A DNA stretch of 64,000 bases from Hormiphora californensis (taxonomy: Eukaryota > Animalia > Ctenophora): the NCBI GenBank assembly GCA_020137815.1, contig CM035353.1:8556001-8620000 (forward strand), in the 5' to 3' direction. The notes beneath the pieces are model-generated. The model saw only the letters and a list, made by a program, of their open reading frames with translations, did not search any database and was not told where the DNA came from. Numbering within the stretch: position 1 is the first letter of the stretch; the number at the start of each line of letters is the position of its first letter. The position numbers and the translations under genes were made by a program. This document shows, piece by piece, positions 46,265 to 58,400 of the stretch.

Positions 46265-48907
46265 TAGTAAGGTGATTTAACTAAAATTTAAGCCTCAACC
46301 AGAAAAAAATTTGTGACAAAGGATTTCCACCTGAAACGTACTCCTAAGGGTCCCCTCTAACGATCCCAACCAATGCTCAAATTGAGCAGAAGGTGCAAAG
46401 GCCTCATTTCCGGGTGGGCGTGGTACCTGTGTTTTCAGCCTGAGGCCAAAACCATAAGTACCCTTAAAATAGGAGTAGAGAAAAAATCGAGGGCACTAGA
46501 GTGATCAGCGTCCTTGACTTAGTGGGGGTAGGTGATGGAATTAAGTCTCTATCTCATCTGGTTAATTAGATAATTGGATAATTAGGTTTGCGCATCACCG
46601 TTTTTTGGCTATATGGCTATACACGGTGCACCAGAAGAATCGTCAACCTAAAGTTGAGCCCGCAAAACAAACTTTTGCTGGGGGTGACCCAGGAGGCCTT
46701 CCTGAACATCCCCACGGTGAGAAAAGTATATGTTATCGGGGGAAATTTTTGTTAAAATCGAAAAAACTGGTTTTTGGTCCAAATTTGTGCATAACTTACT
46801 TGATTGCCGTTTGATGAAATATCTGATTGACATAAAATAAGTATACAAGACCTATTTGTGCACGAGGAATCGATTGCCGGTGGAGAGAAATCTCTAAAAT
46901 GACCGGAAAATTGTCAAATATGGGAATTTTGTCATTTTTTTGAGGTTTTTGGCCCTTTAACCATTGAAAACGTTGAGATAGGAAGTTGGCAATAGCGCCA
47001 ATCGTTAAAATGGTCACTTTTCTACGGGATCCTAAAATTTCATGTATATCCGATTCATGGTTAGATTTTGGCAAACTATTGAGATGTGCTTACTGAAAAA
47101 AGGATAACTTGATTTTCTCGTTTTTTGCGATTTTTTAACTTTTGACAGAATTCTGATTGAAATGGCCAATCAGGGCCATGCTAAAGTTGTTTATGGTACA
47201 ATTTTCGACCAAAACCAAAGATTTCATGTAAATCCAATGACAGATCATTGATTTATAGAAAGTTGAAAAAGGCAAAAAAGGCCAATTTTTACCATGAAAA
47301 CAAAAATACACATTTTTTCTTGTCAATTTCCATCAACAACTGGCACCCTACCTATTTTTGCACGTAGAATTGATTGCCGGTGGAGTGGATCCTCTTAAAT
47401 GATTGGAAAGCGGTCGAAATGCCATTTTTTGGATGCCCAAAAACCTCCAAAAAATGGCATTTCGACCGCTTTCCAATCATTTAAGAGGATCCACTCCACC
47501 GGCAATCGATTCTACGTGCAAAAATAGGTAGGGTGCCAGTTGTTGATGGAAATTGACAAGAAAAAATGTGTATTTTTGTTTTCATGGTAAAAATTGGCCT
47601 TTTTTGCCTTTTTCAACTTTCTATAAATCAATGATCTGTCATTGGATTTACATGAAATCTTGGGTTTTGGTCGAAAATTGTACCATAAACAACTTTAGCA
47701 TGGCCCTGATTGGCCATTTCAATCAGAATTCTGTCAAAAGTTAAAAAAATCGCAAAAAACGAGAAAATCAAGTTATCCTTTTTTCAGTAAGCACATCTCA
47801 ATAGTTTGCCAAAATCTAACCATGAATCGGATATACATGAAATTTTAGGATCCCGTAGAAAAGTGACCATTTTAACGATTGGCGCTATTGCCAACTTCCT
47901 ATCTCAACGTTTTCAATGGTTAAAGGGCCAAAAACCTCAAAAAAATGACAAAATTCCCATATTTGACAATTTTCCGGTCATTTTAGAGATTTCTCTCCAC
48001 CGGCAATCGATTCCTCGTGCACAAATAGGTCTTGTATACTTATTTTATGTCAATCAGATATTTCATCAAACGGCAGTCAAGTAAGTTATGCACAAATTTG
48101 GACCAAAAACCAGTTTTTTCGATTTTAACAAAAATTTCCCCCGATAACATATACTTTTCTCACCGTGGGGATGTTCAGGAAGGCCTCCTGGGTCACCCCC
48201 AGCAAAAGTTTGTTTTGCGGGCTCAACTTTAGGTTGACGATTCTTCTGGTGCACCGTGTATAGCCACTTAGGAATGGTTTAGAGACTTTTCATTGGTGCC
48301 ATTTTGTAGGCAAAGAGAAGTTATGGGGGGTCGACGTCGGACTTTTAAGCTCTATCTTCAACCGTTTAGCCGTTATGTGGCTTTTAAGATGCTCCAAATG
48401 AGCAAAATACGGTAAAAAAGCCGTTTTTGAACACAGTTAAAGCCAAATAACGGCTAAACGGTTGAAGATAGAGCTTAAAAGTCCGACGTCGACCCCCCAT
48501 AACTTCTCTTTGCCTAAAAAATGGCACCAATGAAAAGTCTCTAAACCATTCCTAAGTGGCTATAGCCATATAGCCAAAAAACGGTTATGCGCAAACCTAA
48601 TTATCCAATTATCTAATTAACCAGATGAGATAGAGACTTAATTTTAGCACCTACCCCCACTAATTCGAGGACGCTGATCATTTAAGTGCCCTCGATTTTT
48701 TCTCTACTCCTATTTTAAGGGTACTTATGGTTTTGGCCTCAGGCTGAAAACACAGGTACCACGCCCACCCGGAAATGAGGCCTTTGCACCCCTGAGCAAA
48801 TATGAGCATTGGTTAGAATCGATAGAGGGGACCCTTAGGAGTACGTTTCAGGTGGAAATCCTTTGTCACAAATTTTTTTCTGGTTCTCCTGGCTTATCAC
48901 CTTACTA
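46265..48907. mobile_element. Academ-like non-autonomous transposon inserted in the Sushi exon
   Basis: Ends TAGTAAGGTGAT...ATCACCTTACTA, 3-bp TSD TGA (46262-46264/48908-48910), ~340-bp inverted arms, inner hairpin at 48261-48562. Confidence 0.8.
46622..48258. mobile_element. 1.64-kb near-perfect palindromic Tc1/mariner-type element nested in the Academ-like element
   Basis: TA|cacggtgcacc...ggtgcaccgtg|TA; ~812-bp arms with a 12-nt spacer at 47434-47445. Confidence 0.85.
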
Positions 48908-49388
48908 TGACCATTCACTGTCAGAGGGAGTATGTGCGAGACGGTAGCTCTGAGAGGACCTGTAATCCCGACGGAGAGTGGAACAAGGACGCCCCTCTTT
49001 GTATAGAACTAGGTAAGTAGCTGTACCGAGACAACACATGAAGGAGCAATGCTTGAAACCACTTCCGTCATATAAATATCTCTCCTTTTTTCGCCTCTTC
49101 TTTTTCGACTCTCCTTCTACTTTTCATGATCTGGGAATTCCTCATTTGATAGGGTGCTTACCACCGCCAAGTTCCCTAGTTAAATAATGTATATGATGTG
49201 TAGAATATTTTGGATTTCATTTATGAACTCAGATATATCAGTCTGGATATATTGAGCTATTCATGGTAACTTATGAATTAGTGTCAAATTGGTTATCAAA
49301 AAGTGCCAACTAGCATAATCGTATTGTATTGTAATCGTAAGAGACTAACATAGATATCACTATATCTCCTTTTCTCTCTCCTCCATAC

Positions 49389-51712
49389 CTACAGACAAAC
49401 AACACATTGGAACCCCCCCCCCATATAATGACTGTTCGAACCCCCCTCTATCAACTCACGTTCCTCGCTGTACACATCATCAGGCTCTTTGCAGTTGGTG
49501 GAGTTGTTATGATCTGATAGGACAGAGCAAACAAAGTTCAACACTTCCCTAGAATCGTAGGTCGCCACTGCGGTCGGGAAACAGGACTTCATAAGGCTCT
49601 CGCAGGAGTCCTGGGAAATAGTTGCTTGTTGGTTGCTAGATAATATATGTAAAGAGAGAGATAGGAGATTAGAAAGAATCAGGGAATTGAGCTATATGAG
49701 TGAGATTAGAGTACGGAGATGATTATCAAGCCTATCTCGCTCTTTCCTTTTGAGCCTCCTCTTAGCTCCTCTCCTTCTCTACTCGCTCTCTCTTCTCTCC
49801 TCCTCTCCTCTCAGCTCTCTCTCCCTCTCCCCTCTCTCTCTCTCCCTCCTCTCTTCTCCTCTCTCTCTCTCCCTCTCTCTCTTCCTTCTTTTCTTCTCTC
49901 TCCTCTCCTCCCTCTCCTCTTACCATCCTCTTTCCATATCTCGCACCTCTCTCTCTTTCGTCGCCCTCATTCTCCGTGCAACTCTCTCTGCGGCTCTCCC
50001 CTTCTCTTCCGCGGGGATCTCTTTCTCTCTCTCTCTTCTCTCGCTCCACTCGCTCTCTTTCTCTCTCTCTTCTCTCTCTCTCTCTTATTCTCTCTCTCTT
50101 CTCTCCTCGCGTCGGTCTCTCTCTTGAATACTCATGACTATCGTCATAAACTATGCGAATATTCTAGATATATACCTACAGAGAGAGATAAAGAGAGAGA
50201 CTGGTAAAGTCGAGAGAAAAAGAGAGAGAAAATACAAAGACGTATGAGCAAAGTCTGGTTTCCGATGAAAAAAGAGGAGGATCTCACCACGTAACAATAT
50301 TTTTAAAAAAAAACAAGTTCACCTGCCATATTAAATCTGACCACGGTGAGACATACATCCAACTGCACACCAGTTCCTTGAGAGGAAGGTATTCTACATT
50401 GCAGCTATTGCTCATCCTATGTCCCTCTAGAACAGAGAGTAGAGCCGCGTCAGGACCAAAATACTCCAAGGGAAAGGATTCTTTACTGGGCGATACCTGA
50501 AACAAAGGGGTTACAATTGCAGTTGTTGTGGATTATATAATGAATGGATAATGAATGATTCTATAAATCACAGTTTATTATGATGGGGTACACAATACAC
50601 AATGATCATGAGTACTACTTATTGAGTAGTTGCTATGGCAGACTAATGAACAATAAATTAAATAATGTATACAGGCCACAGGGAGCTGATTGCCTAGCTC
50701 GACCCCCTTTTCGCGAGATAGAACATAACAAGGAGCGGGGAGGTATACTATAGAGAGTTCATCCTTGAATGGATAAATGATCATACTTCCTCAATCCTCG
50801 AATTACCCAGACCCTATTCCTTATACGCTATAATTACAGAAGTTCTCTTCGAGTAGCCAATTTCTTCCGAAACTTCCGAAGGGGCGCGAAGGGGAGTGGA
50901 TGGTCGTGAAACCTGTCAGCAATCAAGTACTGCTAGTCATTTACATTATTTATTATTTTTATTCCCAATCTGAAATTATTGTTCGGACACATACCCTAGT
51001 CAACAACTCCTGAAAGACGACAGTAAGATTCTTCCATCTCCCCGCTAAGGCGCTATCAATGTAAGACCTAAAGTTCCTATCCCGACTCTGCTGATCCTTC
51101 GTGTTACAAGATATTGTCATTCCTTCTTCAATCATCGGGTATCCAAAACCTGGAGGAGATTCATTGTTTGAGCCTTGAGGGAGAGCTCACCGAGCTAAGA
51201 TATATTTTTAAACAGCAACAAAGTTTTTTTGGAGAGAGTTTGGTATTATATATGTTTACTATTTGTACTAATGTTTAATATTTGTTGAAAAAAGAGCTGC
51301 CCCATGATAAAGCTGCTCCACTAATACCTGTACAATAGTTCAACTCCTGTTCTGAACACTGCTCCGAACATGTCACCCCGTGCACCACCAACTGTGACTC
51401 ATTCTTCACACCTGAAAGAAAGAGAGATGGAATAGTTCATAGTGTTCAGGTAAATAGTTGACTTGATCTGGAACTCTCTCGGAAAAAACAAGATTTCGAG
51501 GGAGGATCACTGGTTATACAAGCTGAAATAAAACCAGTAGACGGTATACACTGGATAATGGGATCTATGGAGGGGGTCTACTGGTAGTCCTATCACTCAC
51601 CAGGAGCAGTGTGAGTGGGAGGCCCAGAGGTGGTGACATTACTGTTGTTGGTTGTTGTACTAGCTGGGAGAGATCCCAGTAGGAACACCACCAAACACTT
51701 CACATAGTTCAT
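49389..51712 (-). CDS. Signal peptide and Cys-rich ectodomain exons, probably the 5' part of the receptor kinase gene
   Basis: Exons 51712-51601 (MNYVKCLVVFLLGSLPA), 51411-51328, 51149-50995, 50496-50323, 49610-49389. The last ends at a GT donor. Frameshifts are needed near 51040 and in a G10 run at 49413-49422. Confidence 0.55.
49760..50125. repeat. Degenerate CT-rich low-complexity tract
   Basis: Polypyrimidine run giving spurious Ser/Leu ORFs. Confidence 0.9.
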
Positions 51713-53054
51713 ATCATGATATAGTGTGTAGCACCATGCTAGACAGAGGGAGAGAGAGGTTAGGGAGAGAGGAACAAGGGGGACAAGAGAGAACTGTTAC
51801 TGGTATAGTATTGTAGCCCTGTATTTAGAAAGATAAAGGGGTCGGGTAACGTGGGAATATCTAGGAGAAGGACGGGGAGTCTTCAATATAAGGAGGGAAG
51901 GAATTCTAGCGGAGGATAACAGTTAGCTGATGGACTAGAAATACAACTTCATTTTATAAAGTATGTGATCAAACATAAAAATATACATAAAACTTATCAG
52001 ATCAGGAAGTAATCTACTTCAAGTAGAAACAATCGGGACCGGCCCGAATGGCACGAATAATTTTACCTAGCTATAGAGATATAATATCAACATATAATCA
52101 TGTATTAAAAAGTAGCACACTAAATCATTAACAAGATCATTCATATAAATGCACATAATATTTCATAACTTATTATCATACGCTCATGTTTATGCTCATA
52201 CTACTACAACTACTGCACTGTGCACACTGCATAATGTAGATTACTATGACGTGTGTGTGACGTGTATATAAAAGAGTTTGAAGGGAACAATAAGTATAAC
52301 CTCTCGGTGTGTATACTGTGGTGCACAGATGCCTAGCTAGACTCTGTTTCGCGCTCTTCGCTCAGATACACAGCTGCTCAAGAGAAGAAGGAGAGAATAA
52401 TATAATGGCGACAATATTGACTGTATGTAACAGAGTCGAATCGTTACACACACACATTCACTTAGTATTTCTCTCTCTCGTAAGGGAAAGTATAATTAAC
52501 CATTATTTTCTTTGAGCAAGTTCCCGTGTCTACCTCAGCGGAGAAAAAGTGGAACAAATCAGATGGTAGAGTCACACGGGGAGGATAGTGGAACAAATCA
52601 GAAGAACAAATTTGGGGAGTAATTGGACGAGGATGGGATAAGAAAAGGATCAAAAGTAGCAATTTCCTAATTTACTCTTCTTTTTCTCTCCCTGTCTGTC
52701 TCTCTTTCTCCCTCTCTCTATCTCTCTTTCTCCCACTCTCTCCCTCTCTCTATCTCTCTTACACACTCTCTATTCTCCCGTTGTTTCATGACAAAGAAAT
52801 ATGCTAATTACATACAAACAGATCATTGTGTAACAATGCGAAGACAGCAATTACAGGTGTATACGAGTAGGAAAGAGAAGAAGTAAACAACAATTTAAAA
52901 CATGAGAGAGAAAGAAAGAGAGAGAAAGCCCAAATTTCACCTCTTTGTTCTACCTGAAGATCATTGGACAACAAAAGGAAAAAAGTGAATGTGAGGATGA
53001 GAATGAGAAACATAACACACACACACACATACAACCACACGACAGTCCACGACA

Positions 53055-54191
53055 CTATTTGGCAACATTGATAATCTCACCAGCAAGGAGTTCCTTACTC
53101 CTTTCCTCGTTATATCCTAACTCCGATAGGACCTCCATTGTGTGTTGACCCAGCCGGGGTATGGTCCTCTCAACATTACAGGGTGTTTCGCTAAGTTTGG
53201 GTGAGGGTGCAGGTTCTGCAGTGCCACCCGGTACAGGTAGGAACATGCCCCGGGACGTGTTGTGGGGGTGGGCTGCTGCCTCGGGGAATGTTAGCACAGG
53301 TGTAACACACGCATCCAACTTTGAAAACTTTTCCACCCATTCTGCTTGAGTTTTGCTGGCAAACGTATCACGGAATTTCACGGCTATTTCCGCCCATCGT
53401 GTCAAATCCATTTGCTGTGGGAGTTCTGCGTTGGTCAGCTCAAGACCTTCAAGTAGGGCGGCGTAGAATTGTGGCTCTAAAGCTCCCACTGCCATGTAAC
53501 GGTTATCACTCGTCTTGTAGGTGTTGTAATAGGGACATCCTGAGTCGAGCAAGTTGCAACCCCTCTTTCCGGGCCACATTAGCGGTACTTGGTTGAGGGA
53601 TGAAAATAGGAAGCTACTGGCATAAGCAGCTCCATCAGTAAGAGCCGCATCCACAACTTGACCCTGGCCAGTTTGGGTCCGTGAGTAGAGGGCCATCATG
53701 ATACCCATCACACATAGAATGGAACCACCAGCAAAGTCAGCGAGAATGTTGGCAGGCGGGAATGGGGCCTCCCCAGCACGGCCTAACTTTGACAAAACAC
53801 CAGTCATAGCCACATAGTTAATATCATGACCTGCAGCCTGACTCATCGGGCCTGACTGGCCGTATCCCGATAGACGAGCATAGATGAGGCCCTTGTTGTT
53901 CTGACACAGCTCCGTTGGACCGAGGCCAAGTCTTTCCATGACACCCGGTCGAAATGGCTCTATTATCACATCTGCAGTGTTCACCAGACGCTTCACTATT
54001 TCCACCCCCTCGGGCTTTTTGAGATTTACCGAAATGGATTTTTTTCCTCTGGCAAGGATATTAGTGGAAAGGAGAGGTTTCAACTGATCAACTCTAATAA
54101 CATCAGCACCGTAATCAGATAGAAGCATTCCAGCAAACGGAGAGGGAGCCAGCCCCGCCATTTCAATCACTTTCAAACCTTTCAATGCCAT
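53055..54191 (-). CDS. AMACR: Alpha-methylacyl-CoA racemase (CoA-transferase family III), intronless
   Basis: MALKGLKVIEMAGLAPSPF, EPFRPGVMERLGLGP, AGHDINY, NILADFAGG, NLLDSGCPYYNTYKTSD, AVGALEPQFY. Confidence 0.95.
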   Translation of the reverse strand: MALKGLKVIEMAGLAPSPFAGMLLSDYGADVIRVDQLKPLLSTNILARGKKSISVNLKKPEGVEIVKRLVNTADVIIEPFRPGVMERLGLGPTELCQNNKGLIYARLSGYGQSGPMSQAAGHDINYVAMTGVLSKLGRAGEAPFPPANILADFAGGSILCVMGIMMALYSRTQTGQGQVVDAALTDGAAYASSFLFSSLNQVPLMWPGKRGCNLLDSGCPYYNTYKTSDNRYMAVGALEPQFYAALLEGLELTNAELPQQMDLTRWAEIAVKFRDTFASKTQAEWVEKFSKLDACVTPVLTFPEAAAHPHNTSRGMFLPVPGGTAEPAPSPKLSETPCNVERTIPRLGQHTMEVLSELGYNEERSKELLAGEIINVAK

Positions 54192-54278
54192 GATATCCCA
54201 GAGAGGGCTAGTGAGAGAGTTTTTATAGTGCGTTCAAATGAGGTATATACTCTCTATGAGGGAGTGGATATATTATCA

Positions 54279-54573
54279 TAGGGATCCCTAAAAAAGTTCA
54301 GTAGTTACACAGCGTTTACACAGTCTTTACTCAGTCGTTACACCCAGAGCGCCCGCGCCGCTCTGGGTGTAACGACTGCGTCTTTCGCACTCGATTTGCA
54401 GCGCTTATGGAAACTTTTTCGCCGCGGCGCTCAGTTCTCACAATTGAGCAGCACACAATCCAATATTTTCTTGCAAATAGCACCTGTGCGCAGCACGCGC
54501 CGCTCTGGGTGTAACGACTGAGTAACGACTGTGTAAACGCTGTGTAACTACTGAACTTTTTTAGGGATCCCTA
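54279..54573. mobile_element. Palindromic MITE with TAG...CTA ends just upstream of AMACR
   Basis: ~85-bp arms tagggatccctaaaaaagttcag.../...ctgaacttttttagggatcccta. Confidence 0.75.
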
Positions 54574-55199
54574 TTAATCATAGGAAAAATTACAAAATCC
54601 AGGTGGGCAGAATTTTTTCTTTGCTTTTTGGAAGTTTCGAGTTTGTCAAACGAAAAGTTGAGTGCTTGGATTGGAAACGCGCAGCTCCTGAAAATTGCAC
54701 GCGCATCAAATAAATGCATTCAAGAATTGATTTTACCGCGTGTTACGTATATTTTGCTGAAACACTCCGCTGAACAAATTCATTGTTTTGGATTTTGAGG
54801 CATTTTGGCCATAACCAAATCATGGGGACACTTTTAGAACACTTCCGTCTTTATCTCGGTTATGTTTAGAGAGATATCGCACATCCATCACAGGAACTGA
54901 TTTGATATGTTCGATACAAAAAGAACCAGTTGTTTTACTAAAAAACGGTTATAGCATAAAGATAAAGATAAAGATTTATCATTAAATATTAAAACGCTGT
55001 GATAATGAGAGGTAACTGACACACACACAATAGGTCCCAGTGGGGCGGGTTAATTCTGGGTCTCCTCAGCTCTAACAGGGTCCGTTTCACAGATAATTTG
55101 GTCTACACTCTCTCTCTCTTATTGCACGGTCACATAAACAACAGTGTTCTGGCACTCTCTCACACATTGGAGGTAATGGTATGATGGTAGAGTTGTGTT

Positions 55200-55360
55200 T
55201 TACCACTTCCCTCGGTAACTGCCCCGGTTGTTACCCCGGTAACCACCTCCTCCCTGCTGTTGGTAACCACCTCCCTGGTTGTTGTTATGGTAACCACCCC
55301 GGTAGTTTCCTGTGGATGAAGAGAGGATTAGATGGTTATTACTCATGATTAAAATAAATC

Positions 55361-55435
<75 letters not shown>

Positions 55436-58400
55436 GACTGTCTGTCTGTATCTCGAGATATGTCTACATCATACCTCCGTATCCTCCCCGGTTTCCACCG
55501 CCATAACCACCTCCGTAGCCGCCACCACCACCTCCGCCATAACCACCTCGATAACCACCGCCACCACCTCCTCCGTAACCACCTCGGTTTCCATAGGGAG
55601 AGTACCGGTTGTCACGGTAACCACCACCGCTGTTATTATTGTTGTACCTCTGGTTTCCTGGAGAAGAAGGGGGATTTAATAATCATGGACTAATTGGACT
55701 TCATTCAAAGACTCCCTATACTGTAAAACTAGATATTTTGGTGAGATTTTTATTTTCGCTCTTTATTTTTGGCTGGAAAATCCGCGAAAATTAATTCCGC
55801 GAAAATATTTTGGACGATTTTTTACAGAAAGCTCGTGCAAGTTATTTCAGGATGCCACATTTTTTACTTTTAGTACTAAGTCAACGACAATCGGTTCATC
55901 AGATCAGCAATGAGAAAATGCTCACATTTCATTGGTCTACGCCAAGCAGGTCTGGTGTCTCATGGCAATGATGACTGCACTCTTGGCGTAATTAGACAAT
56001 AGACTAGGACCGTGAAATGGGGGTAGCAGTGGGATTAGCGAAAATTAAAATCGCGAAAATAGTAAATTTTGATCAAATCGCGAAAATTAATTGCCTCGAA
56101 AATATCTAGTTTTACAGTATTCTAGAGGGACAACTTACCACCACGGTACAGGCTGTTGTTGTGATAGTTATTGTTGTGATAGGGACGGGGGCCTCCTCGG
56201 GGACTGTTGAAGGACCTCCTCTTCCTGTGTGTCTTTAGGTACTCCTGTCCGTCACTGTTGTACTTCTTAACCCTCTCCTTGATCTCCTCCTCTGTACCAT
56301 CCACATACTCAATCTGCAAGGGAGGGAGGGGTGAGGGGTGGGAACGGGACTTGAGGGACGGGAGGGATTTGAGGGAGGGGGTCAGTGCATTACAATGATC
56401 TGATCATTACCTCGGCAACTTGTTCGGGTATGTATGGGACGGTGAGGTAGGCCTTCATCTCATTATGCAGATCAGATGGGATATCTTCAGGTTTGTCAGC
56501 CTCTGGGACACCTGCAACCCTCTCCTTTAGGACATCTTCAGATGGTATTATCATGACAGCACGTCTCTTGTATCCACCTGGGTTGAGAGTTCAATATTAG
56601 GGGTGATAATTGGTCTTTTGTAACCACCTAGGGGTGCAGGTGATGATGGGGTCAATTACGGTACTTTTCTAATTGTATGTGATGTTTTTGTAGGTACCTG
56701 TACCGAAATAGTGCTACAATCTAGTAGTCTAGTTTGTAACACAACATACCATTAAAGTAGCCTAATAGTGCTACAATCTAGTAGTCTAGTTTGTAACATA
56801 CCATTAAAGTAGCCTAATAGTGCTACAATCTAGTAGTCTAGTAACACAACATACCATTAAAGTAGCCTAATTTCCTGCGTTGAGCAGCGCTCTGACAGTT
56901 GTGCTGATCGATGATGTAGTTCCGGGCTCTCCTTCCTGCCAGATCGAACACAATACGGAGCATGTTCTCGGCATGATTTACCATTCCATACCCTATCCTG
57001 CCTCCCTTAGCCTTCTTCCTTGCTTCAACTGCATCACTCATCCTCTTCAGAATGTAGGATGTTCCCAGGATGTTGTAACTGGGTAATTAGTTGTTAATTC
57101 GTTGTTAATTAGTCTATAATAAGTCGTTAATTGCTAATTGGTTGCTAGAGTAGAACACACTCACTGTTTATCAGGGTTATCCAGTACTAGCTGTTTCACA
57201 TATGTTGATTTCCCTGCCCCCGGGAATCCCACCATCATGACCACCTCACACTCCTCTCTGGATGCAGGAGCAGCAGGGCCACGCACCTTGCCCTCATATT
57301 CCTGGAATTCAGTGTTGAAAGGGTGGGGAGCAGAGATAGATAAAGAGGGGAAGGTGGGAGCAGAGATAGATAAAGAGGATAGTCATAGGAGTAGAGAGAG
57401 TTAAAAAAAGGGGATAGCAGAGAGAAATAATAGGGGTGCACATGAGCGGAGCATGGTAGGGAGGGTTTAAATGATTTAATATCAAGATTCAAGATAGTTA
57501 AGTTGTTTCTCCTTCATAATGCACTACACCACGGTGTAATGGTAACCATTACATTCTTTGGATGGGTGATGTTGTGACGTCCAAAGCTAATTAACCTGAT
57601 CACGATGTGTGACGCACAACTCTAGTTTAACAGTTCACATTTTGAGAGGCGAGATATATGTTTTCAAGGGCAATAACTAAACCAGGTTGTACCTGAATGA
57701 AGGTGACCTAACAGCTTACTAAGGAAGTAAGCTGTTAGCTATCACAAACCTGGATGAATGTGTACCCCTCAGGGGTGAATTACCTGGATGAATGTGTAGC
57801 CCTCAGGGGTGAAAGTCTCCTCAGCAGTAGCAGATGTGATCAGTGTGAAGGGCATGTTACGTGTTCCTATTGTAGGGAATATTGTCTGTCCTCTCATCCC
57901 CTCAGGAAGGGTAATGGCTGCCTCACCAAGCTGCTCCTTGTTCTTATAGAAACTAGAGAGAGAGAGGGGATTTAGTGTGAAGTTCTCAGGAGATACTACT
58001 GCATTTGGTAACGAAGTTACCCCTCCCTTGCCGGTGCGCGAAGCGCTCCAAACGAAGGCCGCGAACAGAGTGTGAGGTGTCTTCGATACTACTGCATGCA
58101 GATGAGATTCCTGTGGCTACACCCTCATATTTCTAGTTGAATTGTTGTATTATTACCTGACGGTGTTCTCAGTTGTATCGATTGCTACAGTTATGATATC
58201 ATCCTTCTCAAGTCGTCCACCCTCCTTCTCTTTCTCGTAGTATGCCTCACCCTTGGATCCCTCCACATACTGCTTACCTGTGCAGTAGTGAACATGGTTA
58301 CATACGGTCAGGAATTACACACAGACCAGACCAAGTTACACAAATGGTAATGGGTTACACATGTTTGTGTACCGGTAATTTAAACTTACCAAAGTTGTCG

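Larger units (their letters stand above)
45482..49187 (+). pseudogene. Secreted protein gene (signal peptide, ctenophore-type beta domain, Sushi/CCP), probably disrupted
   Basis: Exons 45482-45560 (in-frame TGA at 45536), 45637-46073, 46193-46264+48911-49012 (CPGF...TIHCQREY...RTCNPDGEWNKDAPLC, split by a transposon), and a probable last exon 49153-49187. Confidence 0.7.

Noticed and set aside
46605-48254. Mirror-image ORF pairs on both strands (also 36613-37521)
   Set aside because: By-products of palindromic MITE arms; no transposase motifs.
50805-50912. Possible extra ectodomain exon
   Set aside because: An acceptor-like site exists, but the flanking exons join in phase without it and no clean frame/donor combination was found.
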